Of a stretch of 64,000 nucleotides of DNA, positions 26,163 through 35,780 are shown in pieces (positions within the stretch are counted from its first letter, which is position 1; every line of letters begins with the position of its first letter). The stretch is from Gemmatimonadota bacterium (lineage in GTDB: Bacteria > Gemmatimonadota > Gemmatimonadetes > Gemmatimonadales > GWC2-71-9): the NCBI GenBank assembly GCA_003222205.1, contig QHVC01000045.1, forward strand, positions 12,499 through 76,498, given 5' to 3'. The notes beneath the pieces are model-generated. The model did not search any database. It had not been told where the DNA came from and saw nothing but the letters and a program-made list of their open reading frames with translations. The position numbers and the translations under genes are program-made.

Positions 26163-28187
26163 ATGGCGTTTGAGCTCGTCTCACCCTTTGCGCCGGCGGG
26201 GGACCAGCCGCAGGCGATCCGCGCGCTCGCCGAGGGGCTGCGTCGCGGCGACCACTACCAGACGCTGCTCGGTGTGACGGGCTCCGGGAAGACGATGACC
26301 GTCGCCCACGCCGTGGCCGAGTTGGGGCGGCCCACGCTGGTGCTGTCGCACAACAAGACGCTCGCCGCCCAGCTGTACGGGGAGCTCAAGTCGCTGTTCC
26401 CGCGCAACGCCGTCGAGTTCTTCATCTCCTACTACGACTACTACCAGCCCGAGGCGTACGTGCCGCAGACCGACACGTACATCGCCAAGGACTCTTCGAT
26501 CAACGACGACATCGACCGGCTGCGCCTGCGGGCGACGTCGAGCCTGATGGAGCGCGACGACGTCATCATCGTCGCCAGCGTCTCGGCGATCTACGGCCTC
26601 GGCGATCCCGAGATGTACCGCCAGCTGCTCGTCACCGTCGCGGTCGGCGAGGAGCGCGGCCGCGACGCGATCCTCGAGGCGCTGGTCGGCATTCAGTACG
26701 TGCGCAACGACGTCGCGTTCGAGCGCGGCGCGTTCCGCGTGCGGGGGGACACCGTCGAGATCTACCCCGCCTATGAGGAGCAGGGGGTGCGGATCGAGTT
26801 GTGGGGAGACACCGTGGAGCGGATCGCGAAAATCAACCCGCTCACCGGAGACACGATCGCCGAGCTGCCCCGCTGCGCGATCTATCCGGCGACGCATTTC
26901 GTCACTCAGCGCGCCACCATCGAGCGGGCCGTCGCCGCGATCCGCGCCGAGCTCCGGGAGCGCCTCACCGAGCTGCGGGCCCAGAACAAGCTGCTCGAGG
27001 CCCAGCGGCTGGAATCGCGAACGCAGTTCGACGTCGACATGCTGCTCGAGGTGGGCCGCTGCACGGGCATCGAGAACTACTCCCGGCACTTGACGGGCCG
27101 GGCGCCCGGCGAGCGGCCGGCGTGCCTGCTCGATTACTTCCCCACCGACTTCCTCTGCGTCATCGACGAATCGCACCAGACGCTGCCGCAGCTCGGCGCG
27201 ATGTATGAAGGCGACCGCTCGCGCAAGCAGACTCTCGTCGATTACGGCTTCCGCCTGCCGTCCGCCCTCGACAACCGGCCGCTGCGCTTCGATGAGTTCA
27301 TGAAGCTCGTGCCCCGGATGCTGTTCGTCTCGGCGACGCCGGGGGAGGACGAGTTGCGCCTGTCGCAGGGCGTGGTGGTCGAGCAGATCATCCGGCCCAC
27401 CGGTCTCGTGGATCCGGAGGTCGAGGTGCGGCCGGTCAAGGGACAGGTGGACGACCTGCTCCACGAGATCCGCGAGCGCGCCAAACGGGAGGAGCGCGTG
27501 CTCGTCACGACGCTGACCAAGCGGATGGCCGAGGACCTCACCGACTACCTGCAGCAGCACGGCGTCCGCGTGCGCTACCTGCACTCCGACATCGACGCCA
27601 TCGAGCGGGTGGAGATCATCCGCGGGCTGCGGCTTGGCGAATTCGACGTCTTGGTGGGCATCAACCTGCTGCGCGAGGGGCTCGACTTGCCCGAGGTGTC
27701 GCTCGTGGCGGTGCTCGACGCCGACCAGGAAGGGTTCCTGCGGTCCGAACGCTCCCTCATCCAGACCGTGGGCCGGGCGGCCCGCAACCTCCACGGCCGG
27801 GCGATCCTCTACGCCGACCGCGCCACAGGATCGATGCAGCGTGCCCTCGGCGAGATGACCCGCCGGCGCCGCCTCCAGGAGCAGCACAATGAGCGGCACG
27901 GCATCACCCCGCGCTCGATCGTGAAGTCGGTGGGGGACATCCGCTTCGTGACGCGGGTGGCCGACGCGCGCGGCGTGCGCAAGGTCGCCGAGGGGGGCGG
28001 ACGCCCAGCCGACGCGCACGAGCGCGAGGCCCTGATCCAGCTGCTCGAGTCGCAGATGCGCGCGGCCGCGGAAGGGCTCGACTTCGAGCAGGCGGCGCTG
28101 CTGCGCGACCAGCTGCTCGAGCTCAAGGCGATGGGAGACCCGGTGCGCCATGCGCCTGCGCGAGGACGAGCTCCGGCGGTTCGGTGA
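26163..28187 (+). CDS. uvrB: excinuclease ABC subunit B
   Basis: [40 protein letters not shown], helicase motifs, and the C-terminal UVR domain ([15 protein letters not shown]). Confidence 0.97.
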   Translation: MAFELVSPFAPAGDQPQAIRALAEGLRRGDHYQTLLGVTGSGKTMTVAHAVAELGRPTLVLSHNKTLAAQLYGELKSLFPRNAVEFFISYYDYYQPEAYVPQTDTYIAKDSSINDDIDRLRLRATSSLMERDDVIIVASVSAIYGLGDPEMYRQLLVTVAVGEERGRDAILEALVGIQYVRNDVAFERGAFRVRGDTVEIYPAYEEQGVRIELWGDTVERIAKINPLTGDTIAELPRCAIYPATHFVTQRATIERAVAAIRAELRERLTELRAQNKLLEAQRLESRTQFDVDMLLEVGRCTGIENYSRHLTGRAPGERPACLLDYFPTDFLCVIDESHQTLPQLGAMYEGDRSRKQTLVDYGFRLPSALDNRPLRFDEFMKLVPRMLFVSATPGEDELRLSQGVVVEQIIRPTGLVDPEVEVRPVKGQVDDLLHEIRERAKREERVLVTTLTKRMAEDLTDYLQQHGVRVRYLHSDIDAIERVEIIRGLRLGEFDVLVGINLLREGLDLPEVSLVAVLDADQEGFLRSERSLIQTVGRAARNLHGRAILYADRATGSMQRALGEMTRRRRLQEQHNERHGITPRSIVKSVGDIRFVTRVADARGVRKVAEGGGRPADAHEREALIQLLESQMRAAAEGLDFEQAALLRDQLLELKAMGDPVRHAPARGRAPAVR

Positions 28188-28557
28188 AGCGCTCGGCCGC
28201 GGCCTCAGTGCCCCGGCTGTCGTCGGCCTCTCCGGGGAGCTCGGGAGCGGCAAGACGACCCTCGTCCAAGCGGTGTGCCGCGGCCTCGGAGCGCGGGCGC
28301 TGGCGACCAGCCCCACGTACGCCCTGGTGCACCACTACGCCGCCGGCGACGGCCGGCCGGTCTACCACGTGGATTGCTACCGGCTGCGCTCGCCCGACGA
28401 AGCGCGCGACCTGGGGTTCGACGATATGACGCGGGAGCAGGCGATCGTGCTGATCGAATGGCCGGAACGGGCCGGGCCGTGGGCCCCCCCGCTCGACCGC
28501 CACCTGCGGTTGTCGCACGATCCTGATCCGGCGTACCGGGTCGTGGAGGGAGCGTGA
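28150..28557 (+). CDS. tsaE: tRNA t6A biosynthesis ATPase TsaE
   Basis: [21 protein letters not shown]....[10 protein letters not shown]......VYHVDCYRL....E..DLGFDD: TsaE/YjeE signature. Overlaps the uvrB end by 38 nt. Confidence 0.9.
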   Translation: MRLREDELRRFGEALGRGLSAPAVVGLSGELGSGKTTLVQAVCRGLGARALATSPTYALVHHYAAGDGRPVYHVDCYRLRSPDEARDLGFDDMTREQAIVLIEWPERAGPWAPPLDRHLRLSHDPDPAYRVVEGA

Positions 28558-29288
28558 GCGGACTCTGGCTCGCGATCGATAGCGCGACTGACCTCGCCAG
28601 CGTGGCGGTCGGGACCCCGCCGCTGGCGCGGGGTGCGGCCTTCGTTCAGGGAGCGCGGCAGCACGCGGCCCAGATCCTTGCCCTGATCGATCAGGTGTTG
28701 GCGCCCACCGGCGTCCGCCCCAAGGAGTTGGGAGGCATCGCCCTCGGCGACGGCCCGGGAAGCTTCACGGGTCTGCGCATCGGTTGGGCGGCAGCCAAGG
28801 GCCTGGCCCAAGAGGCCGGCCTGTCGTTGCGAACCGTCCCGTCGCTGATGGCCGCGGCGGCGGGCGCCGCCCGGCTGCTCGGGGCTGTCCCCATCGCCGC
28901 GTGCTTCGACGCGCTGCGGGGCCAGGTGTACGGCGCTGTCTACATCGTTCGGCTGGACGTCATCGAGACGCTGCTGCCCCCGACGCTGGCGACGATCGAC
29001 GAGCTGGCCGCCCGCGCGCCCGTGCGGCCGCGCGCGGTCGTTGGCGACGGGGCGACGCACTACGCCGCGGAGGTGCAGCGCTGGAGCGGCGCCGCGCCGG
29101 TGCCGCTCGAAGAGCTGGTGCCGCCGGCCGTCTCGATCCTCGCGCTCCTCGACCGGAAGGGCGCGGCGGGCGCAATCACCGACCCCGCTACCGCCGAGCC
29201 GGTCTACGGCCGCCCCGCGGAAGCTCAGGCCAAGTGGGAGGCGCGCCACGGCCGCCCCCTACCGCATCCGTCCCGTCGCGGCTCCTGA
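28554..29288 (+). CDS. tsaB: tRNA t6A biosynthesis protein TsaB (YeaZ family)
   Basis: LAIDSATDLASVAV..., GDGPGSFTGLRIG...AKGLA: inactive Kae1-like fold typical of TsaB. GTGA overlap with tsaE. Confidence 0.85.
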   Translation: MSGLWLAIDSATDLASVAVGTPPLARGAAFVQGARQHAAQILALIDQVLAPTGVRPKELGGIALGDGPGSFTGLRIGWAAAKGLAQEAGLSLRTVPSLMAAAAGAARLLGAVPIAACFDALRGQVYGAVYIVRLDVIETLLPPTLATIDELAARAPVRPRAVVGDGATHYAAEVQRWSGAAPVPLEELVPPAVSILALLDRKGAAGAITDPATAEPVYGRPAEAQAKWEARHGRPLPHPSRRGS

Positions 29289-29715
29289 CCTCCCGGCGAT
29301 CCGCGCGATCGAGGAAGTCGCGTTCTCCGATCCCTGGTCGGCGAAGGACTTCCGCGAGTGCGTGGCCAGCGACGTGCCGTTTCTGGTCGCCGAGGCGGAC
29401 GGAGGCGACGTCGTCGGGTACGCCATCGCGCACGCCGCGGCGGACGAGGGCGAAATCCTCAACCTCGGCGTCGCTGCCGCGCACCGGCGCTGCGGTGTGG
29501 GGAGACAGCTGGTGCGGGCGATGATGGCGGCGCTCGCGGCTCGCGGCGTGCGAGTGGTGTATCTGGAGGTTCGTGAGTCCAATGTGGCGGCGCGCGGGCT
29601 GTACGACCGGCTGGGATTCCGTGTGCAGGGGCGACGCTCGCGTTACTACCGGCACCCGGTGGAAGACGCGATACTTCTACGCGCTGCCATTTCAGCAGAA
29701 ACAGGTGATGCGTAA
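29266..29715 (+). CDS. rimI: ribosomal-protein-alanine N-acetyltransferase RimI (start codon unresolved)
   Basis: IRPVAAPDLPAIRAIEEVAFSDPWSAKDF...ILNLGVAAAHRRCGVGRQLV...YLEVRESNVAARGLYDRLGF....R..YY matches RimI/GNAT. The stop is at 29713-29715. There is no ATG/GTG/TTG in frame between TTG 29041 and GTG 29362, so 29266 (ATC) simply marks where homology begins. Confidence 0.72.
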   Translation: MRPVAAPDLPAIRAIEEVAFSDPWSAKDFRECVASDVPFLVAEADGGDVVGYAIAHAAADEGEILNLGVAAAHRRCGVGRQLVRAMMAALAARGVRVVYLEVRESNVAARGLYDRLGFRVQGRRSRYYRHPVEDAILLRAAISAETGDA

Positions 29716-29741
29716 CATTGGTACAAGTGGCGTATCTTTGA

Positions 29742-29770
29742 TTGACAGAATAACTTGCGGGTCATATACT
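29742..29770 (+). promoter_or_regulatory. candidate sigma70-type promoter of ssb
   Basis: Consensus TTGACA (29742-29747), a 17-nt spacer, then TATACT (29765-29770), in a locally A/T-richer gap. GGGAGG lies 6 nt before the ssb GTG. Confidence 0.55.
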
Positions 29771-29817
29771 GTGGGGCATCCTTGGGCCCCCGACCCGCCT
29801 TTCGCTGGGAGGTCGTT

Positions 29818-30294
29818 GTGAGCCGGAGTCTGAACAAAGTGATGCTGATCGGCAACTTGGGGGCCGATCCCGAGGTGCGGAGCACCTCCAACGGCGGCCG
29901 GGTCGCGACGCTGTCGGTGGCGACCAGCCGGCAGTGGACGGGGCAGGGTGGGGAGAAGCAGGAGAAGACTGAGTGGCACCGGATCGTTTGCTGGAACAAC
30001 AAAGGATCCGGGCTGGCCGACATCGCCGAGAAGTACCTGAAGAAAGGCGACAAGGTCTACATCGAAGGGCGGATCGAGTACCGCACCTGGGAAGACCGGG
30101 ACAAGCAGACGCGGTACGTCACCGAGGTCATCGCCCGCGAGCTGATCATGCTGACACCCAAGGGCAGCAGCGGCGAGGGTACGGACGCGCCGCGCGTGAA
30201 GGCGGCGGCCAAGGTGGCGCCCGAGGGCCAAGCGGAATCGCTCGAGGCGTTTCCGGAGGCGCTGGATGAGGAGAACGACGATCTGCCGTTCTAG
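29818..30294 (+). CDS. ssb: single-stranded DNA-binding protein
   Basis: LNKVMLIGNLGADPEVR.T..G..VA.LSVATS..W.........TEWHRIV.W, and the acidic tail ending DDDLPF. Confidence 0.95.
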   Translation: MSRSLNKVMLIGNLGADPEVRSTSNGGRVATLSVATSRQWTGQGGEKQEKTEWHRIVCWNNKGSGLADIAEKYLKKGDKVYIEGRIEYRTWEDRDKQTRYVTEVIARELIMLTPKGSSGEGTDAPRVKAAAKVAPEGQAESLEAFPEALDEENDDLPF

Positions 30295-31516
30295 CCAGGC
30301 CCTGCTGACCGCGCTGGTGGCCGTGCCGCTCCTCGTGACGGCGCTCGGCGCGCAAGACACCACGCACGTTGACACCACCCGCGTGGATACCACGCGGGTG
30401 GAGGGCGCCCAGGGCCAGATCCCGACCTCCCACGTGGTGGCGCGGGGTGAAACCCTCTGGTCGATCGCCCAGATGTACTACAGCGACCCGCTGCTGTGGC
30501 CCGAGATCTATCGCCTGAACACTGCCGTCGTCGAAGACCCCCACTGGATCTATCCGGGCGAGGAGCTGCTGCTCGCCCCGGCAACCACGCTGGCCCAGGC
30601 CCCTACGGACACCGCGACGACGGTCCCGCAGGGCAACGCCGCCGACACCGTCCACGCGGACACGGTCAAGGCCGGGGCGGATACGATCGCCGCGCCGGTG
30701 GACACCACTCTGGTGGAGCCGCCGCCGCCTCCGGCCGTCGCGGAGAGCTATCAGACGATCTTCGACCGGGCGCGCCCGCGGTCTGCGGAGATCCGCGACA
30801 TTCTCAGCGCCAACAATAGCACCGTCTACCATCCGGTGCGTCGTGGCGAGTACTACTCGGCGGGGTGGCTGACGGAAAACCAGAGCCTGCCGTGGGCCAA
30901 AGTCCTCGGCAACACCGCGCGGCCGGCGATCCACGAGCTGGCCGAGCATACGTCGGCGGGGGAGTTTGAAGAGATCGCCATTGAGCCGCGGCGCCACGCG
31001 TCGTACCACGTGGGCGACTCCCTGCTCGTCGCGCGTCTCGATCGCGACGAGGCCGGGTGGGGTCAGGTCGTGGTGCCGTTGGGCGTGGGGCGCGTGACCA
31101 GCGTCCAGCCCCGACAGATCCTGGCCGAGGTGGTGATGCAGTTCGGACGCATCCACGACGGCCACCTCGCCCTCCCGCTGGAGCCATACAAGGATCCCGG
31201 GAACGTCCGGCCCACGCCGGTGGCGCAGGGGCTCGAGGCGCGCCTGGTCGATTCCCGCGACCAGCACCCGTTGGTCGGGGTGCAGCAGATCTACTTCATC
31301 GACAAGGGCCGCGCCGAGGGCGTCACTCCGGGGGATGTCTTCGAGATCTACCGGCCCGCGAGCGGGGATCCGCGCTCGGCGTCCGAAGAGGTCCGCGTGC
31401 AGCTGCTGATCGTTCATACGCGGGAGCATTCGGCCTCGGGCCTGGTCATCGGTGTGGCGAACCCCGACGTGGCGCGGGGAATGCCGGTGCGCCTCGTCAA
31501 GAAGATGCCTTCCTGA
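30266..31516 (+). CDS. secreted LysM-domain protein
   Basis: Signal-like N-terminus (ALLTALVAVPLLVTALGA) and a LysM motif (HVVARGETLWSIAQMYYSDPLLWPEIYRLN......P.WIYPGEEL). The C-terminal ~300 aa are unassigned. The start overlaps the ssb end by 29 nt. Confidence 0.72.
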   Translation: MRRTTICRSSQALLTALVAVPLLVTALGAQDTTHVDTTRVDTTRVEGAQGQIPTSHVVARGETLWSIAQMYYSDPLLWPEIYRLNTAVVEDPHWIYPGEELLLAPATTLAQAPTDTATTVPQGNAADTVHADTVKAGADTIAAPVDTTLVEPPPPPAVAESYQTIFDRARPRSAEIRDILSANNSTVYHPVRRGEYYSAGWLTENQSLPWAKVLGNTARPAIHELAEHTSAGEFEEIAIEPRRHASYHVGDSLLVARLDRDEAGWGQVVVPLGVGRVTSVQPRQILAEVVMQFGRIHDGHLALPLEPYKDPGNVRPTPVAQGLEARLVDSRDQHPLVGVQQIYFIDKGRAEGVTPGDVFEIYRPASGDPRSASEEVRVQLLIVHTREHSASGLVIGVANPDVARGMPVRLVKKMPS

Positions 31517-31557
31517 CCGCTCGCGGGGCCCGCGATCGGGCGCCGCGTCGCTGAGCC

Positions 31558-32349
31558 GTGCCGTACCACTTTCACCTCATCGCGCTGGCGCTGTACGGCG
31601 CCGCCACGGCGCTGGCGCTGGCGCCCTTCGCCGGACGGCCCGCAGTGCCTCGCGGCCTCCTGCTCGCGGTGCCGAGCGCGGGCGCCGCCTTCCACGTCGC
31701 CGGCCTCGTCCAGATGGCTCCCGCCGGGCTCGCCTTCGGGGTGTCGTTGCTGGCGTTCTTCATCGTCGTCCTGCAGCTCGTCAGCGAGCGTTTGCTCCGC
31801 GTCTCCGCCGTGGCGTTGTTCACCGCGCCCCTCGCTGCCGGACTCGTCGGCCTTGCCTTGCTGCTGGGGCTCGCGCCCGCCGGCGAGTCCGCCGGCCGGA
31901 ACGTCTGGCTTGTGCTCCATGTGGCGCTCAGCGTCCTCGGCCTCGCCCTACTCGCGCTCGCGTTCATCGCGGCGGCGCTCTACCTGGTGCAATTCCGCGA
32001 GCTCAAAGCGAAACGGTTCGGCCAGGTGTTCCAGGTTTTCCCGCCGCTCGAGCGGCTCGATCTGCTGAACCGCTCGGCGCTGGTCGTCGGGTTCCCGGCG
32101 CTGACCCTGGGCGTGCTGCTCGCCGTCGGCTACGCGGTCCGCTTTACGGGCGGCTTCCGCGTCGACCCGGCGCAGGTCGTTTGGGGGCTGTTCACTTGGG
32201 CGGTGCTGGGCGCCGCGGTGTGGCTGCGCGTGGGACGGCGCTGGACCGGCCGGCGCGCCGCGGTGCTCAGCATCGCGGGCTTCGGCGCCGTCCTGCTCGT
32301 CTACCTGGCGCTCAAGATCACCACCCCGGGCACGGAGCGCTTTCTGTGA
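31558..32349 (+). CDS. cytochrome c assembly family membrane protein (CcsA/HemX-like)
   Basis: Polytopic hydrophobic protein of ~260 aa with the W-rich segment VWGLFTWAVLGAAVWLR, immediately upstream of hemA. A HemX-type partner of hemA is known from Bacillus. Confidence 0.65.
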   Translation: MPYHFHLIALALYGAATALALAPFAGRPAVPRGLLLAVPSAGAAFHVAGLVQMAPAGLAFGVSLLAFFIVVLQLVSERLLRVSAVALFTAPLAAGLVGLALLLGLAPAGESAGRNVWLVLHVALSVLGLALLALAFIAAALYLVQFRELKAKRFGQVFQVFPPLERLDLLNRSALVVGFPALTLGVLLAVGYAVRFTGGFRVDPAQVVWGLFTWAVLGAAVWLRVGRRWTGRRAAVLSIAGFGAVLLVYLALKITTPGTERFL

Positions 32350-32356
32350 GGCCCAC

Positions 32357-33625
32357 GTGTCGCTGACCGTGACGCTCGTGGGCGTCAATCATCGCACGGC
32401 GCCGCTCGACGTTCGGGAGCGGTTCGCGCACGGGGCGCACGAAGTGCCGGGCGCGCTGCGGCGCGTGCTGGAGGCGGGCGCGAGCGGCGGCGTCCTGCTC
32501 TCGACCTGTAACCGCACCGAGTTCTATCTGAGCGGCGCGTCCGACGCGACGACCGACGCCGTGTGGGCGCTGCTCGACGGGCGTCTCGGCGACGGTCGGC
32601 CGGCGCGCGGCTACGGGTACCTGCGCCGCGACCGCGACGCCGTGCGACAGGTGTATCGGGTCGCGGCCGGGCTCGACTCGATGATCCTCGGCGAATCGCA
32701 GATTCAGGGGCAGGTGCGGGACGCGTGGGAGCTCTCCCGCGGGCTGGCCGGGCCGGTGCTGCACCGGCTGTTCCAGTCCGCGCTGCTCGTCGGCGCGCGC
32801 GTGCGCAGCGAGACGGCCCTGGGTCGGGGCGCGGCGTCTGCGCCGGCGGCGGCGGTCGCCCTTGCCGGGAAGATCTTCGGCGACCTGCAAGGCCGTGAGG
32901 CGCTGATCCTCGGCGCGGGGGACATGGCGGAACTCGCCGCCGCGTGTCTGGTGGACGCGGGCGTCCGCGTGACCCTCGTCGCCAACCGCACCCCGGAGCG
33001 GGCCCGAGCGGTCGCGGACCGCTTGGGGGGGGGAGCCGCCGCGCAATCGCTCGACGACGCGTGGGAACACTTCGCCGTCGCCGACATCGTGATTGCCTCG
33101 ACCGCCGCCCCGCATGCGGTGGTGACGTGGGCGCGGATCGCGCCCGCCGTCGCCCGTCGCGGCGGTCGTCCGCTCTGCGTCCTCGACCTCGCCGTGCCCC
33201 GGGACGTGGAGCCCGCGGTCGGCCAACTCGAGAACGTCTTCCTCTACGATCTCGATGACCTCCAGGCCGTCGCCGGACAGGCCTCGGCCGAGCGCCGCGC
33301 GGAGATCCCGCGGGCCGAGCAGATCGTGGACGAGGAGGTGGAGCACTTCTGGGCCTGGCACGACACGCTGGCGGTGGTGCCGGTCCTGAAGGAATTCCGC
33401 GGGCGCATGGAGGCGGTGCGGACGGCCGAGCTGGAGCGCGTCTTCAAACAGCTGCAGCACCTCTCGCCCGAGGACCGCGACCGGCTGGAGCGGTTCAGCG
33501 AGAGCCTGCTCAACAAATTCCTGCACGAACCGACGCTGGCCTTGAAGCGGGAAGCGGAGGCGGGCGACGGCTACCTGTTGGTCGAGGCGCTCCGCAAGCT
33601 CTTCCACCTGGAACACGGCGAGTGA
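32357..33625 (+). CDS. hemA: glutamyl-tRNA reductase
   Basis: VGVNHRTAPLDVRE, LSTCNRTEFY (active-site Cys), GESQILGQV-like GESQIQGQV, and the NADPH domain ILGAGDMAE. Confidence 0.95.
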   Translation: MSLTVTLVGVNHRTAPLDVRERFAHGAHEVPGALRRVLEAGASGGVLLSTCNRTEFYLSGASDATTDAVWALLDGRLGDGRPARGYGYLRRDRDAVRQVYRVAAGLDSMILGESQIQGQVRDAWELSRGLAGPVLHRLFQSALLVGARVRSETALGRGAASAPAAAVALAGKIFGDLQGREALILGAGDMAELAAACLVDAGVRVTLVANRTPERARAVADRLGGGAAAQSLDDAWEHFAVADIVIASTAAPHAVVTWARIAPAVARRGGRPLCVLDLAVPRDVEPAVGQLENVFLYDLDDLQAVAGQASAERRAEIPRAEQIVDEEVEHFWAWHDTLAVVPVLKEFRGRMEAVRTAELERVFKQLQHLSPEDRDRLERFSESLLNKFLHEPTLALKREAEAGDGYLLVEALRKLFHLEHGE

Positions 33626-34620
33626 CGCGGCGGGTCCTCGTCACCGGCGGGGCGGGCTACATCGGGAGTGTCGTTGTCGAGCAGCTCATGGCGGCGGGTG
33701 TCGGGGTCGTGGTGCTCGACGACCTGAGCCGTGGCCACCGCGGGGCGATCCCTCCCGGGGTGGAGTTCGTCCACGGCGGGGTCGGGGAGGCGGAACCGCT
33801 GCGCCGCGTGTTCGCCGCGGGGCCATTCGACGCGGTGGTGCATCTCGCCGCGTTCGCCCTGGTCGCCGAATCGGTCGCCCACCCGGCGCTGTACTTCGCG
33901 AACAACGTGACGGCGGCGCGGAGCCTCGTGGACGCGACGATCGCGGCGCGAGTGCCGCGGTTCATCTTCTCGTCGAGCTGCGCGGTGTACGGCCACCCCG
34001 CGGTGACGCCGATCCGGGAAGAAACACCGCCGGCGCCGATCAACCCCTACGGGGAGACGAAGCGCGACCTCGAAGCGCTGCTGACCGAGCGGGCGCGCCG
34101 CGACGGCCTCCGCTCGGTGAGTCTGCGCTACTTCAACGCCGCAGGCGCCACGGAGCGGTGCGGGGAAGATCACGATCCCGAATCGCACCTCGTCCCCAAC
34201 GTGCTCGGCGTGGCTCTGGGCCGGCGGCCCGCGGTCGACGTCTTCGGCACGGACTACTCCACGCCGGACGGCACGGCGGTGCGAGATTACGTTCATGTGG
34301 CGGACATCGCCGACGCCCACCTGCGGGCGCTGGACGCGACCGTCGCGGGCGCGGCGGCGGTGAACCTCGGCACGGGCACGGGCTACTCGGTCCGTGACGT
34401 GGTGCAGGCGGCCGAAGCGGTGACGGGGCGTCGCATTGCGACCACACCACGGCCGCGGCGGCCGGGTGACCCGCCGGTGCTGGTCGCGGCGGCGGGGCGC
34501 GCCGCGAGCCTGTTGGGGTGGCGCCCGCGCCGCTCCGCCCTGCGAGAGATCGTCGAGTCCGCGTGGCGGTGGCACCAGGCCCACCCGCGCGGGTACACGG
34601 AGCAGACCCCGGGAGGCTAG
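33622..34620 (+). CDS. galE: UDP-glucose 4-epimerase
   Basis: VLVTGGAGYIGS, NPYGETK (YxxxK), LRYFNAAGA, GTDY.TPDGT.VRDY.HV.D.A.AH: GalE signatures. GTGA overlap with hemA. Confidence 0.9.
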   Translation: MTRRVLVTGGAGYIGSVVVEQLMAAGVGVVVLDDLSRGHRGAIPPGVEFVHGGVGEAEPLRRVFAAGPFDAVVHLAAFALVAESVAHPALYFANNVTAARSLVDATIAARVPRFIFSSSCAVYGHPAVTPIREETPPAPINPYGETKRDLEALLTERARRDGLRSVSLRYFNAAGATERCGEDHDPESHLVPNVLGVALGRRPAVDVFGTDYSTPDGTAVRDYVHVADIADAHLRALDATVAGAAAVNLGTGTGYSVRDVVQAAEAVTGRRIATTPRPRRPGDPPVLVAAAGRAASLLGWRPRRSALREIVESAWRWHQAHPRGYTEQTPGG

Positions 34621-34621
34621 C

Positions 34622-35344
34622 GTGCTGCCACAGGTCGGACGGGCGATTCCCACCTCGCCGTGGGAGCTGGTCCTCACCTCGAGTCGCGAGACCAAGTTCG
34701 TGCTCGCGATTCTCGTGCTGTTCTCGATCGCGTCGTGGTACTTCATCGTGCTGAAGTGGTGGCAGTTCCGGCGCATGCGCGCCCACGCCGACCGGTTCAT
34801 GACGGAGATCGAGAAGGCGGCGCGGCTCGAGGATGCCTACCACGCCGCGATGCGCCTGCCGTCATCGCCCTACAACCGGTTGCTGCGCGAGGGGATCCAC
34901 TTCTTCTCGCAGCTGCGTCCGGGCAGCCTGAAGGAACGGGCCGACGCTGTGACGGTGCCGGCGGTCGCCCTCACGCCCACGCAGCTCGAGGCGCTGCGCA
35001 TGGTGCTCGCCAAGGAGGTCGCCGCCGAGCGCGACGCCGCCGCGCGCTTCATCCCCTGGCTGGCGACGTTCGGGTCGGTGAGCCCGCTGCTGGGCCTGCT
35101 GGGCACGGTGCTGGGCGTCATGGATGCCTTCATCGGCATCGCGGTGGGCGGCTCCGGCAACATCGGGGCGGTGGCGCCGGGCGTCGCCGAGGCGTTGGTG
35201 ACGACCGTCGCCGGCCTCGCCGTGGCGGTCCCGTCGGTGATGGCCTACAACCTGTTCGTGAACCGTCTCGGGCTGTTCGCGGGCGAGCTCGAGGGCTTTG
35301 CGCAGGAGATCATCGGGACGATGGCCCGCGAAGGGCGGCTGTGA
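34622..35344 (+). CDS. tolQ: Tol-Pal system proton-channel protein TolQ (MotA/TolQ/ExbB family)
   Basis: Three TM segments. LATFGSVSPLLGLLGTVLGVMDAF, GAVAPGVAEALVTTVAGLAVAVPSVMAYN: family signature. First gene of the tol-pal cluster. Confidence 0.85.
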   Translation: MLPQVGRAIPTSPWELVLTSSRETKFVLAILVLFSIASWYFIVLKWWQFRRMRAHADRFMTEIEKAARLEDAYHAAMRLPSSPYNRLLREGIHFFSQLRPGSLKERADAVTVPAVALTPTQLEALRMVLAKEVAAERDAAARFIPWLATFGSVSPLLGLLGTVLGVMDAFIGIAVGGSGNIGAVAPGVAEALVTTVAGLAVAVPSVMAYNLFVNRLGLFAGELEGFAQEIIGTMAREGRL

Positions 35345-35345
35345 G

Positions 35346-35780
35346 ATGGCCGGCCTCCTGAGCGGCGGGGGATTGCGTGGGCACGGCGAGCTCCCCCTCA
35401 ACGCCGACATCAACGTCACCTCGCTCGTGGACGTGGCGTTCGTGCTGCTCATCATCTTCATGATCACCGCTCCGATCATGCAGGGCGGGGTGGATGTGCG
35501 CCTGCCGCGGGCGGAGGCGCGGCCGCTCGAACCCAAAACCGGGCTGGTCGTCACGGTGGATCAGAACGGCCGGATCTTCCTCGACCAGTCGCCGCTCTCC
35601 TACGAGGACTTCCGCGCCACGTTCGGCGCCGTCGTGCGCAGCAAGCACCCCACCGGCGTGTACCTGCGGGCCGACCGCCGCGTCAATTACGGCGCCGTCG
35701 TCGAGGTGCTCGCTGTGATGCGGGCCTCGGGCGTGGCCGACGTGGGACTCGTCGCCGAGCCGGAGACGATCCAGCGGTGA
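35346..35780 (+). CDS. tolR: Tol-Pal system protein TolR (ExbD/TolR family)
   Basis: INVTSLVDVAFVLLIIFMITAP......V.LP, then a periplasmic domain with V.LRAD..V.YG.VV.V....ASG. Confidence 0.85.
   Translation: MAGLLSGGGLRGHGELPLNADINVTSLVDVAFVLLIIFMITAPIMQGGVDVRLPRAEARPLEPKTGLVVTVDQNGRIFLDQSPLSYEDFRATFGAVVRSKHPTGVYLRADRRVNYGAVVEVLAVMRASGVADVGLVAEPETIQR

Noticed and set aside
31517-31557. Near-palindrome CGCGGGGCCCGCG after the LysM gene as a terminator.
   Set aside because: The stem is short, there is no T-tract, and such GC palindromes are frequent by chance at this base composition.
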